From: an uncultured Actinomycetes bacterium
GTDB lineage: Bacteria; Actinomycetota; Thermoleophilia; Gaiellales; Gaiellaceae
DNA length: 64,000 bases
Reading direction: 5' to 3'
Assembly: GCA_963831405.1 (NCBI GenBank)
Contig: CAWHPX010000011.1
Span: 29,148 to 93,147 of the forward strand
Below, piece after piece: positions 63,150 through 64,000 of the stretch (the stretch's first letter is position 1; every line of letters begins with the position of its first letter). Below the pieces are notes generated by a model. The model saw only the letters and a program-made list of their open reading frames with translations, was not told the DNA's origin and ran no database searches. A program made the translations under genes and the position numbers.

Positions 63150-64000
63150 TCATCCGGCGGCGACTCTAGCGGCTGCCCATGACCACATCCTGGCCAGGCC
63201 GTCCTCGAGCCCGGTCTCGGGCTGCCAGCCGAGCGCCTCGCGGATCCGCGCGATGTCGGCGCTCGTCCGCGAGACGTCGCCCTTCGCACCGCCGACGTGG
63301 CGCACGTCGAGCGTCCGTCCCGAGAGCCGCTCGAGGAGCGCGATCGCGTCGAGCATCGACGCCTCCTCGCCGCCGCCGACGTTCAGGACGGCACCGCGCC
63401 CTCCCCGCTCCATCCCCGCGATCGTGGCTTCGACCGCGTCGTCGACGTAGGTGAAGCTCCGCGACTGCTCGCCGCTGCCGAAGATCTCGAACGTGCCGCC
63501 CGAGAGCAGCGCCTCGCAGACGCGCCGGAAGAACATGTCCGGGCGCTGCCGCGGCCCGTAGACGGTGAAGTAGCGCAGGACGACGGCGTCCAGGGCGAAG
63601 GAGGCCGCGTACGCACGGGCGAGCTGCTCGCAGGCGAGCTTCGTGATGCCGTACGGCGAGATCGGGCGCGGCTCCGTGTCCTCCGGCGTGGGATATGCCT
63701 CCGCTTCGCCGTACACCGACGACGACGACGCGAACACGACCCTGACGCCGGCGTGCGCGCACGCCTCGAAGACGCGCTGCGTCGCGAGCAGGTTGCGGCG
63801 CACGTAGACCGGGAAGATGTCGCCGAAGCTGCGCACGCCCGCCTGCGCGGCGAGATGGAAGACGCCGTCGACGGCGTCGAGGTCCAGGTTGTCTTCTGCA
63901 AGATCGAGCCGCTGCACGGTGAGGCCTGCCGCGTTCGCCTCCTTCTCCGCCGGGTCGTAGTAGTCGGTGAAGCAGTCGACGCCCACGACGTCGTGCCCCG
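63150..64000 (-). CDS. NAD-dependent sugar-nucleotide epimerase/dehydratase (SDR), 5' end beyond the window
   Basis: SSSSVYG, PYGITKLACE (YxxxK), RYFTVYGPRQRPDM and GSGEQSRSFTYVDD. The frame stays open to position 64000 and the Rossmann GxxGxxG N-terminus is missing. Confidence 0.85.
   Translation of the reverse strand, partial: GHDVVGVDCFTDYYDPAEKEANAAGLTVQRLDLAEDNLDLDAVDGVFHLAAQAGVRSFGDIFPVYVRRNLLATQRVFEACAHAGVRVVFASSSSVYGEAEAYPTPEDTEPRPISPYGITKLACEQLARAYAASFALDAVVLRYFTVYGPRQRPDMFFRRVCEALLSGGTFEIFGSGEQSRSFTYVDDAVEATIAGMERGGRGAVLNVGGGEEASMLDAIALLERLSGRTLDVRHVGGAKGDVSRTSADIARIREALGWQPETGLEDGLARMWSWAAARVAAG

Noticed and set aside
1-64000. tRNA, rRNA, tmRNA or riboswitch genes.
   Set aside because: The intergenic spacers are very short (the longest are about 116, 86 and 84 nt). 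None shows cloverleaf-like or conserved riboswitch-like structure on inspection, although I cannot run covariance models.

Overview
High-GC (roughly 70-75% by eye) Actinomycetota-like chromosomal window. The first ~10 kb is housekeeping. It holds a four-gene, translationally coupled coenzyme F420 operon (cofC-cofD-npdG-cofE), a PolX/PHP DNA polymerase, a 2-hydroxyacid dehydrogenase, and hemE/hemH. From about 6-10 kb to the window end, nearly every gene concerns envelope glycan assembly. By my reading this includes 10 GT4-type, 2 divergent GT-B and 4 GT2 transferases, and about 8 polytopic GT-C-like membrane glycosyltransferases, one of them fused in frame to a GT4. There are also two polyprenyl-phosphate-sugar synthase-like GT2s, a WecA-like and a WbaP-like initiating enzyme, two MOP flippases (MurJ-like and Wzx-like), a Wzy/O-antigen-ligase-like protein, a Wzz-like co-polymerase and a split Wzm/Wzt ABC exporter. 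Supporting functions are GDP-fucose (gmd, fcl) and UDP-xylose (UXS) synthesis, two further SDR epimerases, four SAM methyltransferases, a GNAT, a CE4 deacetylase, an AsnB-like amidotransferase and two secreted glycoside hydrolases (clan GH-A and GH31). Genes form long operons joined by ATGA/GTGA stop-start overlaps, and operon-initial genes carry a TANNNT box 5-10 nt upstream of the start codon, which suggests leaderless mRNAs. No tRNA, rRNA, CRISPR array, transposase or integrase was seen. Two things stand out. The first is the scale and GT-C-heavy logic of the glycan super-locus, including unusual domain fusions. The second is that 11 of its genes are interrupted by 14-16 apparent frameshifts, and every resolvable one is a +1 nucleotide surplus. 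This may well be an insertion-biased sequencing artefact and needs read-level checking. All family calls come from reading the translations for motifs; no database search was possible.
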